Part shown: positions 48,506-61,950 of the stretch, in pieces | How positions within the stretch are numbered: position 1 is the stretch's first letter | Layout of the letters: the number at the start of each line of letters is the position of its first letter | NCBI GenBank assembly: GCA_050575255.1 | Contig: JBNZDD010013683.1 | Coordinates: 771,877 to 835,876 of the forward strand | Length of the DNA stretch: 64,000 nucleotides | Direction of reading: 5' to 3' | Origin: Harriotta raleighana | Lineage: Eukaryota | Translations under genes and position numbers: made by a program | The notes under the pieces: generated by a model | What the model saw: only the letters and a program-made list of their open reading frames with translations | Told to the model about the DNA's origin: nothing | The model's database searches: none

Positions 48506-51049
48506 TAATCCTCAGCACGATTCACAGCTCCTTCTTTCTAATCAAACCCGTTGGCATGAATCACTTTAAGGCACATAGAGATAACCTCACTTCTCACATT
48601 TTCTTTCTCTTCTACTTACTTGCTGGGGTAACTTCAATGTTTCATTGCTCTTGTTTCATTTTTGTCTCGTGTGATTCTGGAAACCAAATTAACTTTCCGC
48701 GTCACTTGTTTGTAGAAATGGCATTGAAACAAAATATAAACTCAATTCAACACTTTGTAAAACTCTGCACACCTTGAAATGTTTACGTTAATAGAATAAA
48801 TCTAGACCCATTGCTGTAATATCATAGTAACATTTGAAGCAACATAGTAACATAGTAACATTACAAACTCTTCCTGACCAACATGAGAAGATCTTAACTT
48901 TTTCCACATTGCATGACTTTAAGTAAGATGCACTACTAATCTCCTTATATGCGTCTTGGCAATGCACATTAACCCACCACAACTAACCCCAGCTTCTTGC
49001 TGCTGACATAGGCACTGATATACATTCTGATCTCCAGTTTCATAAAGTAAGCCTGCGAGCAAGGGCTGGGGTATTGCTGTTGTGGTGTTATAATCCCATT
49101 TATGCATTATAATTGGTTGTGACTATAATGAACCTCAGTGGCATTTGCACCAAAGGATTCTGCAGCAGCTACAGGAAGCAAATGGGTTCGTTTGTTTCAA
49201 CTATGTAATGGGAATTTATTGTACGAGCCAAGGCTTGTTAAGTCATCATTGAAGTTGAGCAAAAATGAAGATTAAATATTTTTGAATAGATGCCAAATGT
49301 TTCAGACAATTAGCAAAATCAATTTCCATCAAATCTTAATTTTAAATTCATCTCTATTAAGCAAAATAAAACTCCCCAAATTATTGTGAAGCATGGAAAT
49401 CTTACATTGCATATATCCCACTTCTTTCTACTTTTGTGCACTGGCAGAGTTTACGAAGAAAGATCCTTTGCCTGATGTCTGATGAGCAAGAAGGAATCAC
49501 GTGAGGTGGGGAAGAGAGCAGGGGAAGTTAAATCAGTTGGGGAAGTGATTTAATTCTCACCAGAATACTGACCATGAACTGACAAAACCCATTTTCATGA
49601 GTTCTCATGTGAATCGTTCGTCAGTGACCGAACAAAGAGGCTATTTATTTATTTTACAGCTACGTGCTGTGGGCCATGAGGATTAATCAACACTTCCGAG
49701 AATTGATTTTACTTGTTACCCTCAATACCCTTCAGCCATGGATGAATTGGCAGGGGGCGAGATTTAAACTCAGCTTCTCCAGCCGGGCCAGACAGTGATT
49801 AATGGTCCTCTGCCATGTACCCCCTAGGAATAAGCTTGAGGTCTGCAGGTTTGCAACACAAAGTTTGCGCATTTTTCTTTACAAGACCATGTCATGAACT
49901 GTAGCTTGCTTTGCACCCCATCCACAAATTCAGATGTTAGCTTAGAAAAGTCCATATGGATGGGGAAACTAAGGGGTTTTGCCATTAAAGGCAAATGAGA
50001 TAAAGTACTAAGGTATTAAAATTAGCAAGCAACACTGCTCTTTGGATTGAGAGTCTAACTGAATGTCTTACTCCGAGGCAAAGTTAACCAACCAAAGAAA
50101 TATTGATGGATGAATTTTATTACTTAGAATCATCAGCAGAACAAAGAAATAAAAAAGGAAATAAATATGGGCTATGTGATGTGATATTTATCACATATCC
50201 CGCTCATTATGTCAGAAGTAGCTTCATTGGCTTTTAGGCTGTGCTTCAATATTCCAATAAGCAAAATTTTATGTTTGATTTAAAATGAACTAAGTGACCA
50301 TTTTTACACATTTAAACCAAATGCCGCGAAGCCAGGGTTATAAATTGTAAATCAAGCCAAAAGCAGTTTTGGAAATGGATCTGAGTGTTAAAAGCAGAAG
50401 TGTTCAATCCATTCCTATTTTGCTATCGCACACTTTAGTTGAAGAATTATTGGTTTGATTCAGTGACAATGTAACAGTGTGTAAATAGGGTGGAATTGAG
50501 GGAGAATGAAAGATCATTAACACAAAAAATGTTTTGCTTGTTGACACCTTGCAAAGGCCATTAAAAAAGAATTGTTGAATCTTGTCAAATCTATAGGATG
50601 ATGTGAGTTCAAAATCTGAACTGCTTGAACAACCTTTGACTTAAGGTGAGAGTGCTACCAACTGAACTAAGCTGACACCTAACATTGTTAATTTAACTTG
50701 CCTCAGTGTTATCCTTTATGTACCTCAGTCAGGATTAATTACTGTTTTGCTGTCACTTTCCTTCTACTGAAGCCAATAAACGGATGGCTTTCTTTTGATG
50801 ATTTTTTAAATATATGAAACAGGATAATGAACAGCCGCTGGCAGTATATCAACTATTCATGATGTTTATTTATTGACAGGATCCATCAAACCTTAGGGGT
50901 CAATTTCCTGATAAATATTGGAGAAGATAAATCCACAGAATATAGATTGAGAAATAAAACTGGTTTCACTAAAATTATGTCAGTGCTGAGGAATAAATTT
51001 GATTTTTTGATCAGAAAAAAAGAAAGGAACAGTAAAACTGCATAGTGGA

Positions 51050-51159
51050 TATAGTACATGGACAGTTCAGGACATTTGTGCATGTGACCCCCAGAAAAGT
51101 GGAAGGTGAACTAGATGGACTTTGTCCTTTTTTTGTCTAGCATTTCTTATGTTCTTATG
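51050..51159 (+). mobile_element. CR1 3' terminus with 8-bp tail repeat
   Basis: gaactagatggactttgtccttttttt..(ttcttatg)x2. Confidence 0.6.
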
Positions 51160-52279
51160 CATACGAGAATCATGTAACAGGGTCCAGTTGAGATATTGAG
51201 ATGTTTTCAACTGAAAACAAATCACTTAATTCAAAGTAAAATGTTGAAGGAAACCTGACTTACACCAAAGCAAAGCAGTGAAGTGCAAAATGAATTGCAT
51301 TTTAGTTTATTAAAACACCACTGTTTTAATACTTTCATCTTGTAGCCCCGCTAATAAACTTACACATGATTCCCATACCCTTTGGGAAACCCAGACTGTG
51401 TGTTTTATTTTAACATTGCAATTGGCAGTCAGTTAGATTTGGTATCCTGGTGCCATTACAAATGTAACAGCTTGTCACACTTTCTGAATGAGTTAAGGCA
51501 AGGAAATAAATATTTGATACTGCTGTGATGAAAGCAGCTCCAGTAATGAGGATTTCCATCGATCAATCTCTTATACCTCTCGTGGCTAGTAATAATTCCC
51601 TTGAACTCAGTTATTGTTAGAGTGAGAAATAGGAATGTAATAGGTGCTAATATTCAACTTCCATTAACTCTTCAAACAGGTTTCCCGTACCGGCAATTTG
51701 AACTCGTATAGTCTAGGCTCCAGTGCAGTACTTGGGGAAGAGGCTGTTTGCTCCACTGTTGGAAGTGCTGACTTTGAATGAGAAGTCAAACCAAGATCCC
51801 ATCTGCCTGAACTTACTTTATTTATCCTCTCTTCACTGAAGAAAGCTGCATGGCCAATATAGATATGGAGATGATGGTATAACAATAAAGTACAAGCTTC
51901 AGAGAAGATATTAAGTCAATTATCATTTATCCAGGGAGGTAAATGATAACGGAGGGAGTAGGTAGGCAGGAGCTGAAGAAAGTATTACAATAACATGAAA
52001 ACGGTGAATATTTACTTTGAATGGATCACAGTACTTTAAAACAAAATCTGACTCCATTCTGTACTCATTCTTGTCAACTGAATGCTTTTAGCTACACTTT
52101 GATGTCAAGTAAATACTTTTGGTGCCTACATTACATACTGTTGCTGTCAGCATCAGCCTGTGTCAAGCAGGATGTTAGTGGAGTTAACTGCAGCCCTACA
52201 TTCTTTGAAAGCATTTCTTTCAGCCCGGAGGTATTCATCCTTCACTGATTTCGCATCATGTGAAGTGGGTTGCTGCTGT

Positions 52280-52822
52280 TACCCCACTCCGCTTTGTCAT
52301 CTTAAGGCTCGACTATGGCAACTGCCTCCTTGTCAGCCTTCCCAACTCTTCCCTCCACAAGCTGCAGCTCATCCGAAACTCTGCAGTTCATGTCCTCTCC
52401 TCAACTAGTCTCCGCAACCCCTTCACCCTCACCCTCGCCAGGCTCCACTGGCTCCTCACCCCTTTGGAGGATAGAAATCCTCACGTCTTCTCTTTCAAGG
52501 TCTTCCAAGGCCTTCCCCCACTTGCACTTCTGCTGACTACCTATCAACCTATCTGCTCCCTCCAATCAGCAGACTCTGGCCTGCTCCATGTCTCTCACCA
52601 GACCTGCCCTACCATCAGTAGGGATTTCAGCCTCTACCTCCACGCTTTGGAACTCCATCCCACAATCCCTTCACCTTGCTTGCTCCCTTGCCTCCTTCAA
52701 GGCCGGTCTCAAGCCCCTTCTTTTTGACCATTCCTTCAACTCCCATTCTCCGACTGTTCAGCGCCTTGGGACTTACTACCGACATGCAAGGCGCTCTATA
52801 AATATAACTTTGTCGTTGTTGT
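52280..52822 (+). mobile_element. L2 3' end (ORF2 C-terminus plus tail)
   Basis: FVILRLDYGNCLLVSLPNSSLHKLQLIRNSAVHVL..LARLHWL..TLWNSIPQSLHLACSLASFKAGLKPLLFD; tail ctgttcagcgccttggg..aaggcgctctataaatataactttgtcgttgttgtt. Confidence 0.92.
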
Positions 52823-55039
52823 TAACGGTAGCTCCACATTTTTCTGTTGAAAACATTAGATTCAGAATGAGGTATTCAAGTTTTGGTCCAACTCCCAACT
52901 GCTCTCGCTACACAGAGAAATTCACGACTGTCTTAAACTCATCTGGCACTTTATGGAGGACACATTATGAGGATCCAGGAGGAAATGATTTATACTCCAT
53001 GAGTGACGGGGAGGAGGGGAATGACCTGAATGTTGAAACAATGAAATACAGTCAATACCCTGAGTGGCATTTAAATTATATCCTACAGGTTTTCATAATG
53101 GATCCTGTTGATATCAAGTATATGTATATATAATTAAAATGAAAAATTAATTGCATGCAGAATTGGGTAAAGTTAATTGGTTGAAGCGGTACAATAAATG
53201 GGTTTAATGGGGCCCTCTTTTCCTTTACGGTTCTGTCTCAGTGTAGCTTCAGGCAGTGCAATTGCTAATCAGCCTGGTGATGCAAGGTCTGGGCTTACAA
53301 AACTCTGAGGTTTCAGTAACAAGGGACCTGTGGCCTTACAAGCCGTCTGCATCAGAAAACATGCTGACCCATTTTCATTGGCAGGTTCCAGTGGATGCTG
53401 GACATGGTTGTGTGAAACAAAGTTCCTATATTAAGACACAGAAATAGGTCAAAAATGAGCACTGAGGGCCAAAGGCAATGCCATATACACTTTCACACAC
53501 ACACAGAAAACTGCTCATTTTGTATCAACCCAAGCAAGGCTGTAATCAAGTGAATACTTTACCAAACGGGGATAACTTCAAATTCTTGTTGGAAACTTGC
53601 TTTTTTTGAAAGTTGCATGTTATTTTCATCTGGAAGTAGAATAGAAATGTCCCGACTTGACTGTTCAGTGCCTTGGGACATCCTCCCGATGTGAAAGAGA
53701 ACAATGGCCCTCCTTAACCAAGTTAAAGTGAAAAACATCTCGCAATAACATCTAATAACATCAGAAAACATGTAAGGAATGTCCCCTCTTAAGCCGATCA
53801 GGCCATGATTAAATGCACCATGTTCAGTTAGCTACGGAGGAGTAGACAATTGGAGATTTCACAGCTTAAATGGCGTCCAATGTTGCCTAAGTGCATTTAT
53901 TTTGCTTTTTCAACACTGTGTTCAGCAAGTGTGATTTAGACAGTTGTAATAGAGACAGGAAGAAAATTGCAACTTCTATTCAAAATAACAGTATGCTGTA
54001 ACCCTGCTTTTCTTCCTGCTCATGTATAAATGTTACAGACAGGAGGAAAATTCAAGCCTTTGTCTCAGGCATTCCTAACATCAATGGATGGGCTAAGTGC
54101 AGCTGCATGCCCCAAACTTCTCTGTCACTTTGAATCATCCTTGTATTTACATTCTTAACTTACTATTTTTTGGAAGATCTTAATTTGCCTCAGTATCTTA
54201 CCACTTTTTTTTATTATTATTAATTATTATCTCGGAATTTCAAACAATTTAAGATGAAAGATTTTCCTTCAGTAATGAAGACAACTTTTGAGTAATGATA
54301 TAAAACACTGTCCTGTCATCTCCCACATATGGTAACTGTAATGGGCAGTCCGTTTCCTGTGTGTCTGTGGGTGCTAAAAGAATTAAGGTTGTGTTGAAGA
54401 ATTTGCTCATTTTTTGTTTTCTCTGAAATGCCAAGAATCTAGACTCAGGAGGAATTGTTCCCTTACACATGGCAACAGTCAAAATAAAGGTCATAGTGCA
54501 AAACCATTTTAATATTTTCCAACACACAAATGTTGCAAAGTGCTTAGCACCATATTCTGTCAAGTGTAGTGACTGTGTGTTTTGTAGGTGAATCGGGAGT
54601 GAGAACTAGCAAAGAAACTCAAAGCACTTTCAATTTTTGTAAGAAAAGTGAAGGAATGTATTCACTTGAGTTGCTTCTATTACCCGAAGCATTGTAACAG
54701 GCCGTATCTTTTAATTTACTGAAGCATTTGCTCCTGTGCTTTCAAAGCATGGCGAGAGAAAGCTGAGCTCCAGATATTTAGTGCAAGATGCTTCATTTTG
54801 ATTACATTAAGCAGCTCTCCTTCGGTGATTTCACGAGTCCTATTCACTGCTTACCAATGTCTAAATGATACATTTCATATTATTATAGTCCACATAATAA
54901 CTTCCTCACCTCAGGCCTACTATCGGGAAAGGGAGTGAGTGGAAACAAGAGGCTGGGATGCAGGGGGAAATAATTAAGTGATTCTCAGTTGAATCAAACT
55001 TACTTGTTTGTTACAACAGGGCCCACATGTCACACCGCT

Positions 55040-55230
55040 GTACAGAAAATCTGATGAAGCACTTTGAGACAGCTCCACAAAGTAAAAATGTGCTGTATCA
55101 AACGCAAGGACTATCCTTTAGGCTCTCAGATGCTCTGATTTTATAATAATAATTCTTACATTTGCTACAGCACCTCTCACATCTGGAAGACAGCATAAAG
55201 CGCTTTGCAGTATATTCTGTAAAGTGACTT
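55040..55230. mobile_element. Two SINE tails in tail-to-tail orientation
   Basis: Plus-strand tail 55040-55112 and minus-strand tail 55145-55230. Confidence 0.7.
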
Positions 55231-57311
55231 TAGCATGAGATGAATAACCAATTTAATTTGTGCAGGAACACTGTGCGTTATAAAGTCAACTTGTCACACT
55301 TAAGATGTGTCAGATGAAATTTATTATTTCAAAATCGAATATTAAAGTTACCACTGTTTATTCCACAGTGGTACAGTGGAAACAGATGCTACAAGTTAGA
55401 AGAACATCTGCTTCTATGTGATTATGGGTTAAGGTAGGTTTTGGAACAGACCATTCCGAGCCTGCTCTTGTATTTTTCCAAGAATTGTGTTTACTGGGTA
55501 AATGTCCACCTATCAGTCTTTCTGTATGCTTAAGAAACTAAAGCTTACCATTGAATTAGCAAGTCTTTACCTTAAAACTGAGGATATATCGGTATTGAGT
55601 TACTATTATCATCCAAAGCCATGTTGCCAAGTTTGTGAACCAATCTAAATTAAGGTGATTCTATACAGTATTTCCAATAGTCAGGTATTTTCATCCACAA
55701 AATACACAGTCACCTCACTTTACAGTATATCCTGTAAAGCTCCATTGCGACATCTCAGTGACAGTGATGAAAGCACTTTATCGAATGCACAGATTATTAT
55801 TAGTATTGTCGTATAATCAGAACAAGTTCAAATCATCACAGCATGCATTTTACATTATTGCTGAAGGGATGACATTTGGGGGAGAAATATAAAAATTCCG
55901 ATTGTCTTGGTCAAAAGTGAATTTGATGTGAAAAGGCGGAGTTTATGAATTGGAAAGGGTGCAAGCCATTTGAGATCCAACTAACACTTTTACTTCTGGC
56001 AAATTGATCAGGTGGAACAGCACTTGAAGTGCAGACCATCCAACTGCACTCCAGGCACCGTACATAGTCATGTTGCCAGAGTCAATCTACTGCTTTCCAA
56101 ACGACTCTCTCTCCCGGAAGCTTTTGCTGCACTGCAGTCTTAATTGATTTATTGACTTATCTATAATGAGTAAAGCAACATGCACCGAACAGCTGCTCGA
56201 CATAACCAGCCGTAAAGCGAACCAAATGGGATGTACGCAGCACAGGGAAAAAAATTACTTTTGTCCATTTCTGTCTGCCAGTCGTACCTTTGCATCTGAT
56301 AAAGAATTGCTACATTGCCACTGTGAGGATGCAGTGCCTTGTCCGACCACCTTGAAGATTCGATTCAATACTGACCACGGTGCATTCACAACGCTGAGCG
56401 AAATTTGGTTGCCACTCAACATTTCCGATAGTTTGGGGTTTATTATTGTGTCTGGGTTAAATAATGATCACAGAGAAGCACAGGGCAATTGGGATGTTTA
56501 TTGGGTGAACAATTCCATTTTCAAGATGTCACACAGCTGCTGCCAGTCTATTTGGGAGCTTGACATGAAATGTTTAAGCCACGTGGATCTTCACACTGAA
56601 GATTCCTTTAGAAAATCACACTGTTTGAATTCCATTGTCATTGTTTTGAAAAATGTGAATTCATTAGTTTTGTATACATTTTGTGAAACTGTTGCTCGTC
56701 AGAACCCTTGATTAACAATGTACCTCACATTAACTAGACATTATTCCCTGCTTAATGATCCGACGGGATAGCAGCAGTGTTCTTGTGACTTTTAGTTAAC
56801 ATTTAGCCTGAAGAAAGTTGGGAATGAATTGATAAACCTGGGCCTGTGTGCTTCTCATGATGTAAAGTTGGTTAAGTGAGATTTTGTGATCTGGTTAAGA
56901 TTTACCAGGTCTGACTAGAGGTAGATCTGGATCATTTGACGAGGGATGCTTCAAACCATTCCAATTGCCTCTGGGGATCTCTGTTGAGTATTTTCAGTTG
57001 ATCTGATCAGGAGAATTGGGCTATGTTACATTGAAAAGAAAGCCATGACCAAATTTGAAGGGGAGCAACCCATTGCCATTCTTAGCCATATTACCAAACA
57101 GAAACAATTAAGTAACGGTAATGAAATGGTACAGTTGTTGTCATGAATGTGAAAAACAATCAACAACAACAATAACAAAATTACATTTCTGAAGTGCATT
57201 TCACATCGGGAGTATGTCCCAAGCTGGTAGACAGTAAAGTGTCAACGAAAGGATCTTCCTTTCATTGAGAAACGCTTCTGTTCAGATATTTCAAAGGCAT
57301 CGTTTGTCATC

Positions 57312-57727
57312 CTGGATTACTCTTGCCTCTGAGTCAGAAGGTTTTCAGTTCAATCCCCACAAAGAGACTTGGAATCACGTAGTCTAAAATGACATTCTAA
57401 TGAAGTGCTGGAGGGTGTTGCATTGTTGGAAGTTTTTGTTCCTTCAGCTGAGACGTTAAACTGAGGTCCCTGTCTGCCTGTTCAGTTGGATGTTGAAGAG
57501 CCCACAACACTATTCGAAAGAGAAGCGAGTTTCTCTTGGTCAACAAATCCCGCCCCCATTAATAATTGTTAATTCACTCCAAGGCTCTTTGTGGGATGGG
57601 ACATTGCCGTGCACAAAATGCATATTCAATCCACTTTATAGTACTGTATATACTGTGAAATGCTTTGAGACATCTCGACAATTGAAAAGGCATTCTATCA
57701 AATGCAAGGATTATTATTAGTATTATT
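57312..57727 (+). mobile_element. Deu-domain SINE, near full length
   Basis: Head actcttgcctctgagtcagaaggttttcagttcaatccccac; Deu core gagacgttaaactgaggtccctgtctgcctgttcagttggatgttgaagagcccac; tail atcaaatgcaaggattattatt. Confidence 0.88.
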
Positions 57728-59606
57728 TTCTTCCAAATGCTGCAGGTTTGCAGGCCACTGCTTGTAATATAGAGAATTCTGACAATATCAGCAGCAAACA
57801 AAATCCTAGCCAGGGATGGATGCAGCCTGATAATTAATTGCTCTATTAAAAGTGATTCACAGATAGCAAGAATGTCAAAAGTGTCAGAGTTGTCTCAGTT
57901 GGATATGGTTCCAGTCTTACCATTCACAAAGTGGGAATTATTTAAGTCAAGTGGGTGGTAACATATATTTTTTGCAATTCCGAAATGTCTGACTTATCTT
58001 CTTTCCCAAAACTGTGACCACAAAGTTTGTAAATAATGGTAAATAATTGAACAGGACCCATATCAGGAGGAAATAGTAGAATTTCCACAAATAGAATTGT
58101 AATTCAGTGTCCTACTGTCTCTTTCAGGCAAACAACAACAACAAAATTACATTTATAGAGTGTCTTTTACGTCAGGAGTATTCACCACCTAATGTCGTAT
58201 CTTTTTGATTTTGTTTGTACCTCTCTGCTTATGAGTTTAGGATCCTCTTTAGCATTTGCATGTGGCCAAATTCTACCTGGGTCCAAATTTACGTTATTCA
58301 TAATGTAGAATTTTATAGGTACCAGAATTTGGCAAATTGTTAAATTCATTCTCAACTTTGGAGTAATTTTTCTGTAGTTTGTAAAAGAAATTCACATGGC
58401 TGGTTTCAAAATGAAACCATTTCGATCCCAGTTTTGTGCTAACCCAATCTTTTTTTTCGAAGGGATTATATGACCTTTCCTCTCTAATGTCATAATCCTT
58501 TTTTGTAGGGTTGAATTTGGAAAAGAACATTGTTTCGATATTAGTGATACAATTACCTGCTATTTAGTAGGTCATTCTAAACAAAATTTGATGAAGTCTT
58601 CAGATAAAATATGTGAATGTACACCTGCCGTAGCATATGAATCTTCTGAACGATCCCATTACTAAAATAAATAACAGTGCAATGCAGTTAGGAAATCAAT
58701 ATGAATTGATTTCTCATTTGACGTTAAACGTGTTCTCTATTGTGTTCATAAAAAAAAGAAAACTATTTTATTGTAAACTAATTACCTTCTCAAATGTGCA
58801 ACTCATACTGTAATAAAATGGCTCCTTATGATAAGACTTGCTGCTTAAAAGGCTCATTTCATCTCTGGGATCTGTATTAATACAGACAGATGGGCTGAAA
58901 CTCTCCTTTCTCTGCAAGGGTCCAGCTAGAAATGAATTTGGGCATTCTCAATTCAGTTCCTACTGTGCACAGGTCCACAGTATGAAACTCTTCACAATTC
59001 AAACCAAGTTAGAAGTACAGTAATATGAAATCTCATTTGGTGAGCGAGAATGACGTGGGAAATCATACATTCCTCACTGGAGCTGTCGGGGTTCTTGTGA
59101 GTTTAAGACCAAGACACACTTTACAGTAATGGAGGGAGTGGTTGCCTTTTGCACCTGGCCCGTCTACAGCAAAATAACAAATAACAAGATTACATTTGTA
59201 CAGCGCCTGTCAGGTCCACTGCTGTCATCAAAATCCTACAACTAATTCCATTCCTTAGAACCGAAATATGTAACTTTACGAACACAAAACAAACCAACGA
59301 ATATCCTGGTTCAATTCCAACATTTAGAACATGATGAGCCAGTTCAGTTCCAAGGAGACCCCACTTACATCCCAACAAGGATGAGAGTCACCNTTGGAGC
59401 CAGTTCAGTTCCAAGGAGACCCCACTTACATCCCAACAAGGATGAGAGTCACCAGTTTGTCATTTGTCAACTGAGGGCTCAGACCTGTGGGATTTCTCAG
59501 TTTGGAATTCTCAATTCATTTGGAACATCTTAAACATGGTGATTGGTTTCCCCATTTGTCGGAGTCCTGGCTGACCCCAAAAATTGTTTAATTGTAGGTA
59601 AGGAGT

Positions 59607-59968
59607 TGTGTAGCTCAGCAGTTAAGGCACTCGCCTCGCAAGCGAGAGATCTGGATTTGTTTCCCGGAGGAGAAAAACATTGGGCAAGTTTCCTTACTCC
59701 ACTTGCCTCTGTTTATCTAGCAATAAGTAGGAACAAGGTTGTTAATTGTTTGGCAGATCGCTTTCCCGTGGGTAATAATAATTCCTTAAAAAAAATTGGT
59801 CACTTCAATTCGCGACTCACGTCTCAGTCTCTCACGTTTGTGAGAGATTGTTTATCAGCAACATTTTGCCCACTAACTATACATTACTGTACTTTACAGT
59901 ATACTCTGCAAAGCGCTTTGAGACGTCACAAAGACATGATCAAGTTCTATATCAAAAGTAAGGATTAC
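59607..59968 (+). mobile_element. tRNA-derived SINE, full length (long variant)
   Basis: tgtagctcagcagttaaggcactcgcctcgcaagcgagagatctgg head; tail gcgctttgagacgtc..atcaaaagtaaggatta. Confidence 0.85.
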
Positions 59969-60564
59969 TTGTGTCACTGCTTGAAAGAACTCGGCAAAGA
60001 TTGTATTTTTATTGTGTTAAGTGGAATCAAAGCAATTCCAAAGTAAAAACAAGTTAAAACCACAAAGTTCACAGCTTGACAAGTAGCTTGATGTACAGTT
60101 ACAGCGAGATACACAGTACACAATTACGATGAGTCTCAACAGGTTTAATAGCTAAGGAAAATGAATAAACTCTTCCTGTTATCTAGAATGTGAATCATTC
60201 GATTGATTTTTTCCAGAATCATAGAATGATTTTTTTACTGTGTTGGGGAGGTGCGGGAAGTGAAAAAATACAGTCATTTCAGATACAGAGAAACCCGCTG
60301 AGTTAACTCATTAGGTTGAAACTGTTTAATGCTCCAATGCCTTTCATTTGTTTCATTTGGATGATGGTGTCTGAAACATTTGTAAACATCTTTATTTGCC
60401 ACCTAGCTGAAAAGAGTATTCATTTGCAACAGTCTCCAAATGATCACATTTGGGAAAATTGGGATGTTACATTTTCAGACAAAATGGCTTACAGATTTAA
60501 CACTGGGTGACATCTCAAGCCACTTACAGGACTGTGTAACTTGACACTCCTATTCTTCAGTACA

Positions 60565-60720
60565 ACACAATAAAAAATGGCATTTATATAGTGTCTTCCA
60601 CACTGGGAGGATGACCCAAGGCACCTGAATGTCCTGGCTAAATTCTCGAGCTAGGATTAGGAGCCCAGGCAGCTGAGCTGGGGGTGGGGGGAACAAGGGA
60701 TGGGCTACAATCGAAAATGA
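60565..60720 (-). mobile_element. L2 3' tail fragment
   Basis: catttatatagtgtcttccacactgggaggatgacccaaggcac. Confidence 0.7.
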
Positions 60721-61339
60721 TGTCAGCGACATATTTTGAACGAGCTGAGGGAGAGAGCAGAGTGAGGATACATCACTTTCTGCTTCAGGCAATCACACCC
60801 CATTTTGCATAATTTAACACTGCCTTCTGTGGAGTCAGAGTAGGAATTCCACTGGAGAGTTAGCTTGACATAAACTCAATGGGCAGAAATACCTCCCCTC
60901 ATACTGACATTTCTATGCTTCTGTGAATGAGCTGGAAAGCAAAATTCCAGACCTGATTGGACAAAAGCCCTCTGGTGACGCAGAAGAAGAAACAATTGAG
61001 ATGCAAAATTGTTTGTTTCTTAAACCTTCTGCATCAATGCGTTTCTCTTGTCTACAGTGTTTCAAAGCGAATCCACAATGATGGTTTATAAATCATGCCA
61101 AGGATTTCTTTAGGGATCTGATGTCTGCAGTGAGGTGGTGTCAGAGGAGGTTGGCTGGCTGCCAGGAATGAACAGAGTCAAAAAGAGATTCACTTTCTTT
61201 ATTTTTAATGAATGTTCTGTTCTGGTTGGAATGAGGTCTCTGATAGTCTGGCAAGACAGATATGATTTTTATTCTAAGCATCTACCAATGCAAAAGATTT
61301 GAGCCAGAGTTGTTGTTGGCAGAGTTATATATCATATAT

Positions 61340-61520
61340 AGTAATAATACTTGCATTTGATATAGTCTCTTTTATCACGTTGTCGAGTCATCTCAAAGGG
61401 CTTCACAGGATTTACTGTAAGTAGAGTTACCGTGTGTATTTTGTCGTTTAATATGGCTGCCAATTTGCACACAGCAACCTCCCACCAATGGCGAGTAAGC
61501 AAGTGACTAATTTTGACTTG
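61340..61520 (-). mobile_element. SINE 3' half
   Basis: taataatacttgcatttgatatag..tctcaaagggcttcacagg..gccaatttgcacacagcaacctccca. Confidence 0.75.
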
Positions 61521-61819
61521 GTAATCCATCATATTGGGGGTCAGTTTTGACAATCTTCAATCTAGTCAAAGGAGCCTCTTGCCTCCCCCTTCCCCGAAAA
61601 TTTTGAAGTACAAATGCATCTGAATGCTTCTATTATACCCTGGTTACTGTTCTCCATTGAGTCTGAATTGATTTCACTTATGAACCTCAGGCATTATTGA
61701 TAGGTGACAATTACACATGATTCATTTATTGGACATAAACAGCAAAGGGCCAGATTATAACATTTGCCTGCTAAATTAACGACTGTCAGATTCTAATTCA
61801 GACCAATTTAATAAATGCA

Positions 61820-61950
61820 CCAGATGTGTTTAAAACTATGAAAGGATTCAGCAAAGTATAGGCTTCATAGGCTGCTTCTACTTGTTAGTGTGTCCCAAAT
61901 AGAAGATTAGTATAAAATACCCAATGGTGGAGGTTAGTTTGAGGACTATC
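61820..61950 (+). mobile_element. CR1 ORF2 fragment, old
   Basis: gatgtgtttaaaactatgaaaggattcagcaaagta reads DVFKTMKGFSKV, close to CR1 EVFKIMKGFDRV. Confidence 0.5.

Noticed and set aside
52260-53133. Overlapping 155-aa and 181-aa ORFs
   Set aside because: Frameshifted L2 ORF2 remnant reading on into flanking DNA.
55349-55385. Short hairpin taccactg..cagtggta (similar one at 37437-37474)
   Set aside because: Stems of 8-12 bp are expected by chance in 64 kb; no supporting context.
56166-56711. 181-aa ORF in unique sequence
   Set aside because: No recognisable domain or splice context; length is compatible with chance.
59336-59453. 57-bp direct repeat around N at 59393
   Set aside because: Scaffolding overlap artefact, not a CRISPR-like or biological repeat.
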